Under the pieces are notes generated by a model. It did not search any database, was not told the origin of the DNA, and saw nothing but the letters and a program-made list of their open reading frames with translations. Positions 20,411-30,780 of a stretch of DNA of 64,000 nt are shown here, in pieces. How positions within the stretch are numbered: the first letter of the stretch is position 1; each line of letters starts with the position of its first letter. The position numbers and the translations under genes were made by a program. The DNA comes from an uncultured Phycisphaerales bacterium (GTDB lineage Bacteria; Planctomycetota; Phycisphaerae; Tepidisphaerales; Tepidisphaeraceae): contig CAVWLP010000002.1 of NCBI GenBank assembly GCA_963755915.1, forward strand, positions 4,448,001-4,512,000, written 5' to 3'.

Positions 20411-20437
20411 GCGCTCCGCTTCGGGTCGCGGCTACAC
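20411..20437 (-). repeat. REP-like hairpin, downstream of secY
   Basis: Minus strand GTGTAGCCGCGACCCGAAGCGGAGCGC. Confidence 0.65.
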
Positions 20438-20448
20438 GAGGATCAATA

Positions 20449-21843
20449 TTAGCGGCCTTTGCCTTTTTTGGTGCCGGAGCCGCCCAGGAAGCCGCCGTAG
20501 TTTCGCATCAGCAAGTTGGCTTCGATGCGCTGGATCATGTCGAGGGCGACCTGCACGACGATGAGGAGGCCGGTACCGCCGAGGAATGCGGAGATTCTGG
20601 GGTCGATGCCGAGGCTGCTGGTGACAATGACCGGGACCACCGCGATGATGCAAAGGAACGCCGCGCCGACATAGGTGATGCGCATCATGACCTTTTCGAG
20701 ATAGTCAGCCGTGCGTTTACCGGGGCGCAAGCCGGGGATGAAGCTGCCGTAGTCGCGAAGCTGGTTGGCCATTTCCTTTGGCTGGAACTGGACGGTCGTC
20801 CAGAAGTAGGCGAAGAAATAGATCATCGCGGCTTCGGTAATCAGGTAGATGAACTCGCCGCGCCGGAACTCGTTGTTAAGCCACTCCAGAAAGTTGTGAA
20901 ACCCACCGGTGCCGAGCATGTCGGCAACCTTGGCAATTGCGACGCTGGGAAAAAGCATGATTGACTGCGCGAAGATGATCGGCATCACGCCGCCGTGATT
21001 CACGCGAAGGGGAAGGAACTGGCGCTGGCCGCCGTAGATTCGACGGCCGCGGGTGTGCTTGGCCTGCTGAATGGTAATTCTGCGCTGAGCGTTGGTGATG
21101 AGGATGCAACCACCGACCACGAAGACGAAACAGGCGGCGAGGAAGATAATTTTTCCGGGGGTAATCTGGCGGACGCCGCTGGCTTGGCCGGTGAGGGTGG
21201 TCTGCCGCGCCAGCTCGGCGATCGCGCCGGGCATTCTGGCGACGATGCCGGCGAGAATGACAAGGCTCACGCCGTTGCCCAGGCCGTATTCGTCGATCTG
21301 CTCACCGAGCCACATGAGGAAAATGCTTCCGGCCGTGAGGGAAATAAGGCCCATGAGCCAGAAGACGCCGGCGTATTGGTGCTGGAAAGTCGGATACACC
21401 ATCGCGCGGCCGCTGTTTCCAGTCTGCATGTAACTGAGCAGGAAGATCGCCTGCACGATGCAGAGGGGGACCGTCACGTAGCGGCTCCACTCCTGAATCT
21501 TGCGCCGGCCGGTTTCACCTTCCTTTTGAAGCTTTTCCAGGGAGGGAATGACCGTTCCCAGGAGCTGGAAAATGATCGAGGAGGAGATGTAGGGCATGAT
21601 GCCCAGGCTGAAGATCGAGCTTTGCGTCAGGCTTCCGCCGGAGAAGATCGAGACGTAGCTGGCCATGCGGCCGGCGGCGCTGGAGTCGTCCTGGTTCTTG
21701 GCGATCTGGGACATGGCCTGCTGATCGACGCCCGGCAGCGGCACCCAGAAGCCGATGCGGTAAATCAGCAGCATGAAAAATGTGAACAGGACTTTGTTCC
21801 GAAGCTCAGGGACGCGAAAGATATTGAGAATTGATTTGATCAT
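20449..21843 (-). CDS. secY: Preprotein translocase subunit SecY
   Basis: SIFSLGIMPYISSSII; WLGEQIDEYGLGNGVS; GVMPIIFA; FIPGLRPG. Confidence 0.98.
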   Translation of the reverse strand: MIKSILNIFRVPELRNKVLFTFFMLLIYRIGFWVPLPGVDQQAMSQIAKNQDDSSAAGRMASYVSIFSGGSLTQSSIFSLGIMPYISSSIIFQLLGTVIPSLEKLQKEGETGRRKIQEWSRYVTVPLCIVQAIFLLSYMQTGNSGRAMVYPTFQHQYAGVFWLMGLISLTAGSIFLMWLGEQIDEYGLGNGVSLVILAGIVARMPGAIAELARQTTLTGQASGVRQITPGKIIFLAACFVFVVGGCILITNAQRRITIQQAKHTRGRRIYGGQRQFLPLRVNHGGVMPIIFAQSIMLFPSVAIAKVADMLGTGGFHNFLEWLNNEFRRGEFIYLITEAAMIYFFAYFWTTVQFQPKEMANQLRDYGSFIPGLRPGKRTADYLEKVMMRITYVGAAFLCIIAVVPVIVTSSLGIDPRISAFLGGTGLLIVVQVALDMIQRIEANLLMRNYGGFLGGSGTKKGKGR

Positions 21844-21906
21844 GCGTTACCCGCTGAAAAGGATCCCACGGCACCACCGCAGGCGTTCGGATAGCATATC
21901 ATAGGC

Positions 21907-22545
21907 CTATTCGGCCGTCGCCGGGGGAGCTTCCTTTGGCTTGGATTCAGCCTTCGGTTCCCCCTTGGCTTCGGGTTTTGCCTCGCCCTTCGCTTCGGGA
22001 GCGGCGCCTTCGGGCGCGGGCTCGCCGGCGGGCTTCTTCTTTACCGGCTCACGCGGAACGAACTTGGTCTTGGGCTTGGGGAATGCGAAGGCCTCGCCCT
22101 TGGCGTTCTGGGCCGAGCCCCCTGCCGCGGTGATTTTGCCGTGGGCTGATTTGCTAAACCAGGCGGCCTGAATCGTGAGCTTACGGGTGAGCTCGCCGTC
22201 GCCGAGGATTTTGATCTGTTGTTGGTCGTTGGGGACAAGGCCTTTTTCGCGCAGGGCGGCGGCATCTACGGTTGCGCCATCCTGGAAGGCGTTGAGATCG
22301 GCGACGTTGATGATGGAAAAGCGGTTCTCGAAGTCGTGGTTGCTGAAGCCGCGCTTGGGGAATCGGCGGAAGATGGGGGTCTGGCCGCCTTCGTGGCCGC
22401 GCTTGATATAGGTGCCGACGCGGGCCTTGGCGCCCTTGTTACCGCGGCCGGAGGTTTTGCCGTGGCCGCTGCTTTCGCCGCGCCCTTTGCGCTTGCGAAG
22501 CTTGTTTCTTGGAGCGCCGGTGGTGATTTCCTGGATCATGCTCAT
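21907..22545 (-). CDS. rplO: 50S ribosomal protein L15 with C-terminal extension
   Basis: GRGESSGHGKTSGRGNKG; EGGQTPIFRRFPKRGF. Confidence 0.97.
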   Translation of the reverse strand: MSMIQEITTGAPRNKLRKRKGRGESSGHGKTSGRGNKGAKARVGTYIKRGHEGGQTPIFRRFPKRGFSNHDFENRFSIINVADLNAFQDGATVDAAALREKGLVPNDQQQIKILGDGELTRKLTIQAAWFSKSAHGKITAAGGSAQNAKGEAFAFPKPKTKFVPREPVKKKPAGEPAPEGAAPEAKGEAKPEAKGEPKAESKPKEAPPATAE

Positions 22546-22566
22546 GGTAGTAGTCCATCAAAACGA

Positions 22567-23271
22567 TTAAGCGGATACGAGTTCTCCGGCGCCTTTTTCG
22601 AGCTTTACGCCGCGCGTTTCCTCGACCTGCTCGCGGTTCTGGAGCTGGCGGAGCGCGGCCATGGTGGCCTTCACGAGATTCTTGGGGCTGGTGGAGCCGT
22701 AGGCCTTGGTGAGGATGTCAGTGATGCCGACCAACTCGACGCAGGGGCGGACGCTCTTGCCGGCGGTGACGCCGGTGCCCGGACGGGCGGGGACCAGGAT
22801 GACCGTGCTGGCGCCGTTGGTGCCCTTCGCCACGTGCGGAATGGTTGTGCCCTTGAGATTGACCTTGAACATCTGCTTGCGGGCGTCTTTCGTGGCCTTT
22901 TCGACGGCCGGAGGAACTTCGTTGGCCTTGCCGTAACCGATGCCGACGTTGCCCTTGCGATCGCCGGCGACGACGAGTGCGCCGAAGCTGAATGTGCGGC
23001 CACCCTTGACGACCTTGGAGCAGCGATAGATGCGGACGACGGAGGACTCGATGCCAGATTCATCGCGCTCGCGCGTGCCGGGTCCACGGCGGCCGCCTTC
23101 CTGGCGACCGCGGCGCTGGCCGCGCCCGCGGGCGGGAGCTTCGCCGCCGGCCTCTCGCTCGGGAATTCCCGGTGTGGGCGCTTGGGGCGCCGCAGCTTCC
23201 GGAGCCGGCGCTGGGGCCGCAGGTGTTGCGGGGGTTTCGGGAACCTGGGGTTGGGATTCTTGTTCGGCCAT
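22567..23271 (-). CDS. rpsE: 30S ribosomal protein S5 with N-terminal extension
   Basis: KVVKGGRTFSFGALVVAGD; GKANEVP; PGTGVTAG. Confidence 0.97.
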   Translation of the reverse strand: MAEQESQPQVPETPATPAAPAPAPEAAAPQAPTPGIPEREAGGEAPARGRGQRRGRQEGGRRGPGTRERDESGIESSVVRIYRCSKVVKGGRTFSFGALVVAGDRKGNVGIGYGKANEVPPAVEKATKDARKQMFKVNLKGTTIPHVAKGTNGASTVILVPARPGTGVTAGKSVRPCVELVGITDILTKAYGSTSPKNLVKATMAALRQLQNREQVEETRGVKLEKGAGELVSA

Positions 23272-23296
23272 AAGACTTCCATCTTTCACGAAGACA

Positions 23297-23321
23297 CGGG
23301 CCGCAAGCGGCCCGGCTACAC
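23297..23321 (-). repeat. REP-like hairpin, downstream of rplR
   Basis: Minus strand GTGTAGC followed by the inverted repeat CGGGCCGC-TT-GCGGCCCG. Confidence 0.55.
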
Positions 23322-23323
23322 GT

Positions 23324-23698
23324 TTAGAACTTCAAACCGCCCTCTCTGGCGGCGTCCGCTAGCGCCTTGATCCGGCCATGATACATCCGCCCGCCACGGT
23401 CGAAGCAGACGGCGGTGATTCCTTTTTCCTTGGCGCGGGCGGCGATGACGGAGCCGACCTTCTTCGCAGCAGCGATGTTGCCGCCGTTCTTCAACTCCGC
23501 GCCGCGCACTTCCGCGCTTGCGCTGGAAGCTGCGGCGAGGGTTGCGCCGGCGTGGTCGTCGATGATCTGGGCGTAAATATGCTTGTCGCTGCGGAAAACC
23601 GTCAGGCGGGGACGCTCCGGCGTGCCCATCAGCCGCGAGCGGATCGACCACTTTCGCCGCTGAAGACGCACCTGTTTGAGTTTATTTTTGTCAGCCAT
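23324..23698 (-). CDS. rplR: 50S ribosomal protein L18
   Basis: [37 protein letters not shown]. Confidence 0.98.
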   Translation of the reverse strand: MADKNKLKQVRLQRRKWSIRSRLMGTPERPRLTVFRSDKHIYAQIIDDHAGATLAAASSASAEVRGAELKNGGNIAAAKKVGSVIAARAKEKGITAVCFDRGGRMYHGRIKALADAAREGGLKF

Positions 23699-23709
23699 GA
23701 TTTTGCTTC

Positions 23710-24267
23710 CTACTTGGCGGCGGCTCCAGCGCCGGCGAAGGCCTTGCCCGGCTTGATCTTGACGACTTCGCCCTCATAGCGAACGCCCTTGCCCTTATAC
23801 GGCTCGGGCTTGCGCACGCGGCGGACGTCGCTGGCGAACTGGCCGACCAGTTGCTTGTCCGGGCCGGTGACGTGAATCTTGGGGCCTTCGACCTTCACAT
23901 CGACGCCCACCGGAATCGGCACCTTGATTTCATTCGCGTAGCCGACGGTCATTACCAAAGTTTTGCCCTTGATCTCGGCCTTGTAGCCGACGCCCTGGAC
24001 TTCGAGCGATTTTTTGTAGCCGTTGGTGACGCCCTCGACCATGTTGGCGAGCAGGGCGCGGGTGAGGCCGTGCAGGGCTTTGCTCTGGCGCTCGTCATCG
24101 GGGCGGGTGACGACGATCTCTTTCTTGCCGGCGTCGAGCGCAACCTTGATCGCAGGATGAATCTTCTGCTCAAGCTTGCCCTTGGGTCCTTCCATCCGCA
24201 CGAGGCCCGGCTGGACCGTAACCTTGGCGGCGTTGATCGGCACAGGTTTTTTTCCAATTCGGCTCAT
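23710..24267 (-). CDS. rplF: 50S ribosomal protein L6
   Basis: [24 protein letters not shown]. Confidence 0.98.
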   Translation of the reverse strand: MSRIGKKPVPINAAKVTVQPGLVRMEGPKGKLEQKIHPAIKVALDAGKKEIVVTRPDDERQSKALHGLTRALLANMVEGVTNGYKKSLEVQGVGYKAEIKGKTLVMTVGYANEIKVPIPVGVDVKVEGPKIHVTGPDKQLVGQFASDVRRVRKPEPYKGKGVRYEGEVVKIKPGKAFAGAGAAAK

Positions 24268-24283
24268 GATTCAATCTCTAATC

Positions 24284-24682
24284 TTAGGACACGGTGCACA
24301 ACAATTCACCGCCGACGTTTTGCTCGCGGGCCTTGCGGTCGCTCATGACGCCTTTGCTGGTGCTGACGACGGCGATGCCCATGCCGTTGAGGACGCGGGG
24401 GAGCTCGCCGACGGCGCGGTAGATCCGCCGGCCGGGCTTGGAGGCGCGGTCCAGCTCGTGGATAACGCGCTCACCGTTGATCGAATACTTGAGCTTCACG
24501 CGAATCTGGCCCTGCCTGCCGTCGTCGACGACGTCGAACTCGTCAATGTAGCCCTCGTCCTTCAGCACCGCCGCGATCCCGCCGCAAATCTTGCTTTTGG
24601 GAATGAGAACCATGCGGCGGCCGACGCGGTTGGCGTTGCGTATCCGAGTGAGCATATCGGCGATCGGATCTTGATTGTTCAT
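24284..24682 (-). CDS. rpsH: 30S ribosomal protein S8
   Basis: DPIADMLTRIRN; SKPGRRIY; STSKGVM; VGGE. Confidence 0.98.
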   Translation of the reverse strand: MNNQDPIADMLTRIRNANRVGRRMVLIPKSKICGGIAAVLKDEGYIDEFDVVDDGRQGQIRVKLKYSINGERVIHELDRASKPGRRIYRAVGELPRVLNGMGIAVVSTSKGVMSDRKAREQNVGGELLCTVS

Positions 24683-24704
24683 CGCACTTGTTTCCTTGAG
24701 TGTC

Positions 24705-24974
24705 TTACCAACTGGCTTTCTTCAGACCCGGGATTTTGCCGGCCAGCGCCAGCTCGCGCAGCATGATGCGCGAAACCTTGAACTTGCGCAGAACCCCGCG
24801 CGAGCGGCCGGTCAACTGACAGCGGTTGCGCGAACGCGTCGGGCTCGAATCGCGCGGCAGATTGGCCAGCGCGGCGAAGTTCTTCTGCTTCTTAAGCTGG
24901 CGGCGAAGATCGGCGTATTTCTTCACCAGCGCTTCGCGCCGCTTCTGTTTTACTACCCAGGCCGTTGTTGCCAT
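24705..24974 (-). CDS. rpsN: 30S ribosomal protein S14 (89 aa, zinc-independent type)
   Basis: [22 protein letters not shown]...PGLKKASW; only one Cys. Confidence 0.97.
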   Translation of the reverse strand: MATTAWVVKQKRREALVKKYADLRRQLKKQKNFAALANLPRDSSPTRSRNRCQLTGRSRGVLRKFKVSRIMLRELALAGKIPGLKKASW

Positions 24975-25000
24975 AACTATCCTTCTCTGGTTGCGGTTCT

Positions 25001-25756
25001 TTACTTGGCGCCCTTTTCCTTTTCGTCCGTCCGGAAGGGAAATCCAAACTGCTTGAGCAATTCGCGTCCCTGCTCCGGATCGGGGGCGGTGGTCACCATT
25101 GTGATGTTCATCCCCTGCTGGAACTGTACCTCGGCGGCGTTGACCTCGGGGAAGACCGTCTGTTCGGTGAACCCGAAGTTGTAGTTGCCGTCCTGGTCGA
25201 AGCCGGTGGGGGAAAGGCCGCGGAAGTCGCGCACGCGGGGGATCGCCAGCGAGACCATGCGGTCGAGGAATTCGTACATCCGGATGCCGCGAAGCGTGAC
25301 CTTCAAACCGGTCTCCTGCCCCTCGCGCACCTTGAAATTCGCCACGCTCTTTTTCGACTTGCAGCGCAGCGGCTTCTGGCCGGCGATGATGCCAAGCTCT
25401 TTTTCGGCCTGCTCGACCTTGCCTTTCTCGCCGGCGGTGGCAAGCTTGCCCACGCCCATCGAGATGACGATTTTGTCGAGCCGGGGCACGGCCAAGGCAT
25501 TCTTGTAGCCGAACTTCTGCTTCAGCTCGGGCACGACCTTTTCACGGAAGTGAATCAGAAGCCGCGGGGTCGGCGCCGGCTCTACCGGACCCGTCTCTTC
25601 CTGGGCCTCCTGAGCCGGAGCTGACTTGGGCTTCTTCTCGCGCTTCTCGCCGCCGGGGCGCTGCCCCTTGGCCTGCCCTTCAGGCTTGCCTTGCGGCGGG
25701 CCCTTGCCCTTATCGTGCTTCTCTTTCTTTTCTTTCTTTTCTTCTGACATGGTCAA
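25001..25756 (-). CDS. rplE: 50S ribosomal protein L5 with N-terminal extension
   Basis: [39 protein letters not shown]. Confidence 0.98.
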   Translation of the reverse strand: MTMSEEKKEKKEKHDKGKGPPQGKPEGQAKGQRPGGEKREKKPKSAPAQEAQEETGPVEPAPTPRLLIHFREKVVPELKQKFGYKNALAVPRLDKIVISMGVGKLATAGEKGKVEQAEKELGIIAGQKPLRCKSKKSVANFKVREGQETGLKVTLRGIRMYEFLDRMVSLAIPRVRDFRGLSPTGFDQDGNYNFGFTEQTVFPEVNAAEVQFQQGMNITMVTTAPDPEQGRELLKQFGFPFRTDEKEKGAK

Positions 25757-25762
25757 ACTCTC

Positions 25763-26092
25763 TTACTTTGGTCCAACCGTTCCCAGATCCGTTCCGCTGC
25801 CGACGGCGATTCTATGCTTCTTGCCGTCGCGAATTTCATATCGCACGCGAGCGCCCTTCCCGGTGCTGGGATCCAGCGGCATCACGTTGCTGATGTGGAT
25901 CGGCGCGTCCTTCTGGATTCGCCCGCCCTGCGGATTCCGCTGCGAGGGGCGGACGTGTTTCCAGACACGGTTGATCCCTTCGACGACCACGCGGTCCTTG
26001 CCGGTCAGCACGCGAAGCACCTTCCCGGTCTGTCCCTTGTCGGCGCCGGTAATGATCATTACCTGATCGCCCGATTTAATGTGTCTTGGCAT
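25763..26092 (-). CDS. rplX: 50S ribosomal protein L24
   Basis: KOW motif GDQVMIITGADKG; APIHISNV. Confidence 0.98.
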   Translation of the reverse strand: MPRHIKSGDQVMIITGADKGQTGKVLRVLTGKDRVVVEGINRVWKHVRPSQRNPQGGRIQKDAPIHISNVMPLDPSTGKGARVRYEIRDGKKHRIAVGSGTDLGTVGPK

Positions 26093-26478
26093 CAGACCAC
26101 CTCAGCGGCTAGAGAAACGATTTTCATGAAATTCTTGTCGCGCAATTCGCGGGCGACCGCGCCGAAGATTCGCGTCCCGCGCGGGTTGTTTTCCTTGTCG
26201 ATCACCACGGCCGCGTTGCGATCGAACCGCACGTAGCTCCCGTCCTCGCGCCGCGTCGGCTGCTTGGTGCGAACCACCACGCAGCGGATGATTTCGCCCT
26301 GCTTGATGTCGCCGGTCGGCTGCGCCTTCTTCACGGCGCAGATAATCACATCGCCCACGTGCGCCACCTTGCGCTTGAACTTGCCCTTGCTGCTTGAGCC
26401 GCGAAGGACCTTGATGCACATCGCCTGGCGTGCGCCGGTGTTGTCCGCGATGTCGAGGTAAGTCTGTTGCTGAATCAT
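26092..26478 (-). CDS. rplN: 50S ribosomal protein L14
   Basis: [30 protein letters not shown]. Confidence 0.98.
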   Translation of the reverse strand: MIQQQTYLDIADNTGARQAMCIKVLRGSSSKGKFKRKVAHVGDVIICAVKKAQPTGDIKQGEIIRCVVVRTKQPTRREDGSYVRFDRNAAVVIDKENNPRGTRIFGAVARELRDKNFMKIVSLAAEVV

Positions 26479-26490
26479 GGCACTTGGCTC

Positions 26491-26832
26491 TTATCTTTCT
26501 TCGGGCGCCTTGCCCGTCATCACTTCCTCGGCGGAGACCTGCACGGCCCGCTCCGGCGCCTTCTGCACGATCCGCAGAAGGCGATGGTGCTTGGTCTTGC
26601 TCAGCGGGCGACACTCGGCGATTTCCACGGTGTCCCCTTCCTTGGCTTCGTTCTTCTCGTCGTGGGCGTGTAGCACCGTGCGGCGCTTCAGATATTTCCC
26701 GTACTTCGGATGCCGCGCCTGGTAGTTCACGACGACCTTGATCGTCTTATGACCCTTGTCCGACGCCACGACGCCCAGAATCTTGCGAAGCAGCGCTCGC
26801 TTGGTTGTTTCGATGGTTGATGTCTCTGCCAT
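26491..26832 (-). CDS. rpsQ: 30S ribosomal protein S17
   Basis: HPKYGKY; HDEKN; ECRPLSKTK. Confidence 0.97.
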   Translation of the reverse strand: MAETSTIETTKRALLRKILGVVASDKGHKTIKVVVNYQARHPKYGKYLKRRTVLHAHDEKNEAKEGDTVEIAECRPLSKTKHHRLLRIVQKAPERAVQVSAEEVMTGKAPEER

Positions 26833-26854
26833 AGATGCTCTTTCCGGTTATTTC

Positions 26855-27076
26855 TTAAGCTTGCTTCTTCTCGGCGGTCTTGCCCGCCGCCAGTTCGCGC
26901 TCGCGCAGAATCGTCTTGATCCGCGCGATCTCCTTCCGGGCCTTGCGCAGCTGGCTCGGATCCTCCAGCTTTTCCGTTACCGACTGCGTACGCAGCGTGA
27001 ACAGATGCTTCTGCTGCTCGGCCAGCTCGTGGCGAATGTGATCGGTCTCTTTCTCGCGGATTTCCTTGAGCGTCAT
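26855..27076 (-). CDS. rpmC: 50S ribosomal protein L29
   Basis: MTLKEIRE...LFTLRTQ...RKEIARIKTILRE, in the syntenic position. Confidence 0.95.
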   Translation of the reverse strand: MTLKEIREKETDHIRHELAEQQKHLFTLRTQSVTEKLEDPSQLRKARKEIARIKTILRERELAAGKTAEKKQA

Positions 27077-27102
27077 AAAAAATCCCAACTCTACTCGATC
27101 GC

Positions 27103-27525
27103 CTATACGGTCGTATGCCTGCGGTGAACGAACCGGCACGGCACCGGCATCTTGTGGGCGACGCGCGTCAGGGCACGCTTCGCGGTCGCCAGGTCCACGC
27201 CGGTGATTTCGAACATCATCGTTCCCGGCTTCACCACGGCGCACCAGTATTCCGGCTCGCCCTTGCCTTTGCCCATGCGGGTTTCCAGCGGTTTTCCGGA
27301 GACCGGCTTGTGGGGGAAGATGCGGATGAAGACGCGACCCTCGCGGCGAAGGAAGTGGCTGCACGCCACGCGCCCCGCCTCGATCTGCCGCGCGGTGATC
27401 CATGCCGCCTTCAGCGACTGCAAGCCGTATTCCCCGAAGGCAACCGTGTTGCCCCGGGTGGCGTTACCTTTCATTTTGCCGCGATGGCTTTTGCGGAACT
27501 TCACCCGCTTGGGCATCATGGCCAT
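27103..27525 (-). CDS. rplP: 50S ribosomal protein L16
   Basis: [27 protein letters not shown]. Confidence 0.98.
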   Translation of the reverse strand: MAMMPKRVKFRKSHRGKMKGNATRGNTVAFGEYGLQSLKAAWITARQIEAGRVACSHFLRREGRVFIRIFPHKPVSGKPLETRMGKGKGEPEYWCAVVKPGTMMFEITGVDLATAKRALTRVAHKMPVPCRFVHRRHTTV

Positions 27526-27565
27526 AGAAACCTCCCAATCACAAACCTGTCACTGTCACAATCAA

Positions 27566-28264
27566 TTACCGCCGGCCGCGGCGCGGGCCGCCGCCGGGAC
27601 GAATATCCGTCTCCAGAACTTCTTCACCGTACATCCCGCGATAGATCCACGTCTTGACGCCGATGGCGCCATAGGTGGTGAACGCCACCGCATATCCATA
27701 ATTCACGTCCGCCTGAAGCGTCGTCAGCGGCACCGATCCGGTCGTCGCTTTTTCGCTGCGGGCGATTTCCGCGCCGCCCAAACGCCCGCTCACGTTAATT
27801 TTTATTCCCTTCGCTCCCGCTTGCATGGTGGCTTCCATCCGCATTTTCAACACGCGACGGAAACTGGCCCGCTTCTTCAATTGTTCAGCGATGGCCTCGG
27901 CAACCAGTTGCGCGTTCAGATCCGGGTTCTTGATCTCAATCACTTTGATCGGCGCGACCTTGCGTTTGATTAAGTCCTCCAGCTCTTCCCGAAGCTTGTC
28001 GACTTCAGCCCCCTTGGGCCCGATGACCAATCCCGGCCGCGCCGTCTTCAGCGTGATCGTCACTTCTTCGCGCGTCCGCTCGATCAGGATATCGCTCACC
28101 GCCGCGAACGGCGGCCGGCGGTTCAGGCGGTTGTCGATGTGCTTGCGCACCTTCTGGTCCTCGACGAGGAAGTCGCCATACGCGGACTTCGGGGCATACC
28201 ACCGGCTCTTCCAGTCTTCCGTGATGCCGACGCGAAACCCGATTGGATTTACCTTTTGTCCCAT
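27566..28264 (-). CDS. rpsC: 30S ribosomal protein S3
   Basis: MGQKVNPIGFR; ARPGLVIG; GRLGGAEIARSE. Confidence 0.98.
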   Translation of the reverse strand: MGQKVNPIGFRVGITEDWKSRWYAPKSAYGDFLVEDQKVRKHIDNRLNRRPPFAAVSDILIERTREEVTITLKTARPGLVIGPKGAEVDKLREELEDLIKRKVAPIKVIEIKNPDLNAQLVAEAIAEQLKKRASFRRVLKMRMEATMQAGAKGIKINVSGRLGGAEIARSEKATTGSVPLTTLQADVNYGYAVAFTTYGAIGVKTWIYRGMYGEEVLETDIRPGGGPRRGRR

Positions 28265-28270
28265 GGGCGT

Positions 28271-28651
28271 CTACCTTTTCCCTTTCGCCGGCTTTTCCCC
28301 TTTTCCAGGATTTTCGTCGGCACGCTCGTCCAGCGTCACGACCAGGTGGCTCGTGCGCTTCATGATCGAATAAGCCTTCCCTCGGTCCTTCGGCTGAAAC
28401 CGCTTGATCACCGGACCGGGATCCACCCAGCATTGCTGCACGTAAAGTGCATTGCGCGAGCGAACGTCCTGCTCCGCCGCATTCGCCACGGCGGAGCGCA
28501 CGACCTTTTCGATCATCCCGCTGGCGCGCTGCTTGGCGAATCGCAGCAGGGTGATGGCGTCGTCCACGTCGCGGCCGCGGATGAGGTTCATCAGGAGCCG
28601 CGCCTTCCGCGGCGAAATTCTTGCGAAGCGATGAGAGGCTTGGAATGGCAT
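28271..28651 (-). CDS. rplV: 50S ribosomal protein L22
   Basis: RISPRKARL; SAVANA; KRTSHL. Confidence 0.97.
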   Translation of the reverse strand: MPFQASHRFARISPRKARLLMNLIRGRDVDDAITLLRFAKQRASGMIEKVVRSAVANAAEQDVRSRNALYVQQCWVDPGPVIKRFQPKDRGKAYSIMKRTSHLVVTLDERADENPGKGEKPAKGKR

Positions 28652-28675
28652 AGTCGATTGGCTCCTGATTCTTTA

Positions 28676-28996
28676 CTATTCCTTCGCCGCCGGCGCCGGC
28701 GCCGCGCCGCCTGCCGGGCCACCCACCGCGGCCGCTTTCTTGCCGCTGTGACCCTTGAAGATCCGCGTCGGGGAAAATTCGCCGAGCTTGTGCCCGACCA
28801 TGTCTTCCTGCACGAAAACCTTCAAAAATTTGTTCCCGTTGTGAACCTCGAACGTGTGGCCCACAAATTCCGGGATGATGGTGCACGCCCGCGCCCACGT
28901 TTTGATGGGCTGCTTGGCGCGGTTCTCGTTCAGCTTCGAGACCTTGCGGAAAAGCTTCTCGTCGACGAATGGACCTTTTTTAGCGCTGCGGCTCAT
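28676..28996 (-). CDS. rpsS: 30S ribosomal protein S19
   Basis: [21 protein letters not shown]. Confidence 0.98.
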   Translation of the reverse strand: MSRSAKKGPFVDEKLFRKVSKLNENRAKQPIKTWARACTIIPEFVGHTFEVHNGNKFLKVFVQEDMVGHKLGEFSPTRIFKGHSGKKAAAVGGPAGGAAPAPAAKE

Positions 28997-29862
28997 AGAT
29001 TTACCGTTTGAGGCCTTTGCTGATGCGTGCCGAATTTGCGGCGGCGGAGGATCAGCTTTTCACTGTTCTTTCGCGGGCTGCGGGTAATCCCGCCCTTGGA
29101 CAGCACGCCCGTCTTGCTGACCGGATGACGCCCGCCGTTGCTGCGGCCTTCGCCGCCGCCCAGCGGATGGTCGATCGGGTTCATCGCCTTCGCCCGCGTG
29201 TGCGGACGAATTCCCATGTGCCGGCTGCGGCCGGCTTTTCCGATGCTCACGTTGATCCAGTCGAGATTCCCAAGCTGCCCGATCGTCGCCCGGCAGGCGC
29301 TGCGCACACGGCGCATTTCGCCGGAGGGAAGAATAATCACGGCCCATTCGCCTTCGCGAGCGCCGAGTCGGCCGACGCCCCCGGCCGTGCGGACCATCTT
29401 GCCCCCCTGCCCGGGGTTCAATTCTATGTTGTGCACTTCAAGGCCGGTGGGGATGTTTGCGAGGGGAAGACAATTGCCGAGCTCTGGCGGAGAATCAGGA
29501 CCGCTAATGACCTTCGCGCCGGGGCGAAGGCCGTTGGGACACAGAATGTACGACTTGGTCCCGTCTTCGTATTTGATCAGCGCGATATTCACGCTGCGGT
29601 TGGGATCATATTCGATCGCTTCCACGTTGGCGGTCATGCCATCTTTGCTGTTGCGCTTGAAATCGACGAGCCGGTAGAGCTTTTTGTTGCCGCCCCCGCG
29701 ATGCTTGGCGGTGATGACGCCATGATGATTGCGGCCGTTGGCGCGAATCCGCCCCACAACCAGCGAAGGCTCCGGCGTAAACTTCGTGATCACCGCTTTG
29801 TAATCGATAACCGATCCCGCCCGGCGGCCCGCGGATGATGGATTGTAATATTTGATCGGCAT
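28993..29862 (-). CDS. rplB: 50S ribosomal protein L2
   Basis: [27 protein letters not shown]. Confidence 0.98.
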   Translation of the reverse strand: MPIKYYNPSSAGRRAGSVIDYKAVITKFTPEPSLVVGRIRANGRNHHGVITAKHRGGGNKKLYRLVDFKRNSKDGMTANVEAIEYDPNRSVNIALIKYEDGTKSYILCPNGLRPGAKVISGPDSPPELGNCLPLANIPTGLEVHNIELNPGQGGKMVRTAGGVGRLGAREGEWAVIILPSGEMRRVRSACRATIGQLGNLDWINVSIGKAGRSRHMGIRPHTRAKAMNPIDHPLGGGEGRSNGGRHPVSKTGVLSKGGITRSPRKNSEKLILRRRKFGTHQQRPQTVNL

Positions 29863-29874
29863 GGTGGTTGGCCT

Positions 29875-30153
29875 TTAGTAAAGTTCGATCCTCGAATTTT
29901 CATCCAGCTTCACGATCGCCCGTTTCCAGTCGCTGGTGTGCGCCATCGCCGTCCGTGAACGGCGCGGCTTGCCTTTGCGGTTCATCGTGTGAATGTCGAT
30001 CACTTTCACGTTGTAAATTGCCTCGATCGCCCGGCGGATGTCCTTCTTGTTGGCGGCCCGGTTCACCTGGAACGCATAGACATTCCGCGTCTCCTGCAAG
30101 TGTGTGCTCTTCTCGGTAACCAGCGGCTTGATGATGACGTTTGTGTAATCCAT
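29875..30153 (-). CDS. rplW: 50S ribosomal protein L23
   Basis: IKPLVTEKS; WKRAIV. Confidence 0.97.
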   Translation of the reverse strand: MDYTNVIIKPLVTEKSTHLQETRNVYAFQVNRAANKKDIRRAIEAIYNVKVIDIHTMNRKGKPRRSRTAMAHTSDWKRAIVKLDENSRIELY

Positions 30154-30163
30154 AGTGATTCGC

Positions 30164-30778
30164 CTATGCCAGAAGCTGCTCCAGCCCCGCCTTGGTCATC
30201 AGCAGCGTGCGATTTCGCAAAATGTCCCAAGCGTTTAGCTGGGAAATCGTCGTGATCGTCGTGCGATCGAGATTGCGGGCCGATCGTTCAAGATTTTCAT
30301 CGCGGCCATTGAGCGCGAACAGGCAGCTTCGATCGATCCCCAGCGCCTTGTAAACCTGGGCCATCAATTTCGTTTTCGGTTCAGCTAATTTGATGTCGTT
30401 GAGAACGCGAACGTCGTTGCTCTGGAGCTTGGCGAGAAGGGCGCTGTTGCGGGCAAGCCGGCGGACTTTTTTGGGTATGGCCTGCCGCCAATCTTTCGGC
30501 CGCTTCTGCTTGGCGTGACCGCCGCCCTTCTTGATCGGGTTACGGATGCCGCCGGTGCGGGCGTTGCCGGTCCCCTTCTGCCGAAACACTTTTCGCGTAG
30601 CGCCCGCGACTTCGCCTCGGGCCAGCGTTTGAACCGTTCCCTGCCGCTTGTTGGCGTGATACGCCACGAGCGTTTGCTTCAACAGGTTCTTGCGCACGGA
30701 ACCCCCGAGCTTGGCCTCGTCGACCTGAAGCGTTTCGATCTTCTGACCGGTCTGATCAAATATGGGGACTTCGATCAT
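30164..30778 (-). CDS. rplD: 50S ribosomal protein L4
   Basis: RQKGTGNAR; GGG; SARNL. Confidence 0.96.
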   Translation of the reverse strand: MIEVPIFDQTGQKIETLQVDEAKLGGSVRKNLLKQTLVAYHANKRQGTVQTLARGEVAGATRKVFRQKGTGNARTGGIRNPIKKGGGHAKQKRPKDWRQAIPKKVRRLARNSALLAKLQSNDVRVLNDIKLAEPKTKLMAQVYKALGIDRSCLFALNGRDENLERSARNLDRTTITTISQLNAWDILRNRTLLMTKAGLEQLLA

Positions 30779-30780
30779 GA

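Noticed and set aside
26855-27403. 182-aa extended uL29 from the ORF track
   Set aside because: The extension overlaps rplP out of frame. ATG 27076 gives a normal 73-aa protein.
27530-27565. Short degenerate repeats (ctgtca x2) between rpsC and rplP
   Set aside because: Too short and degenerate to separate from chance.
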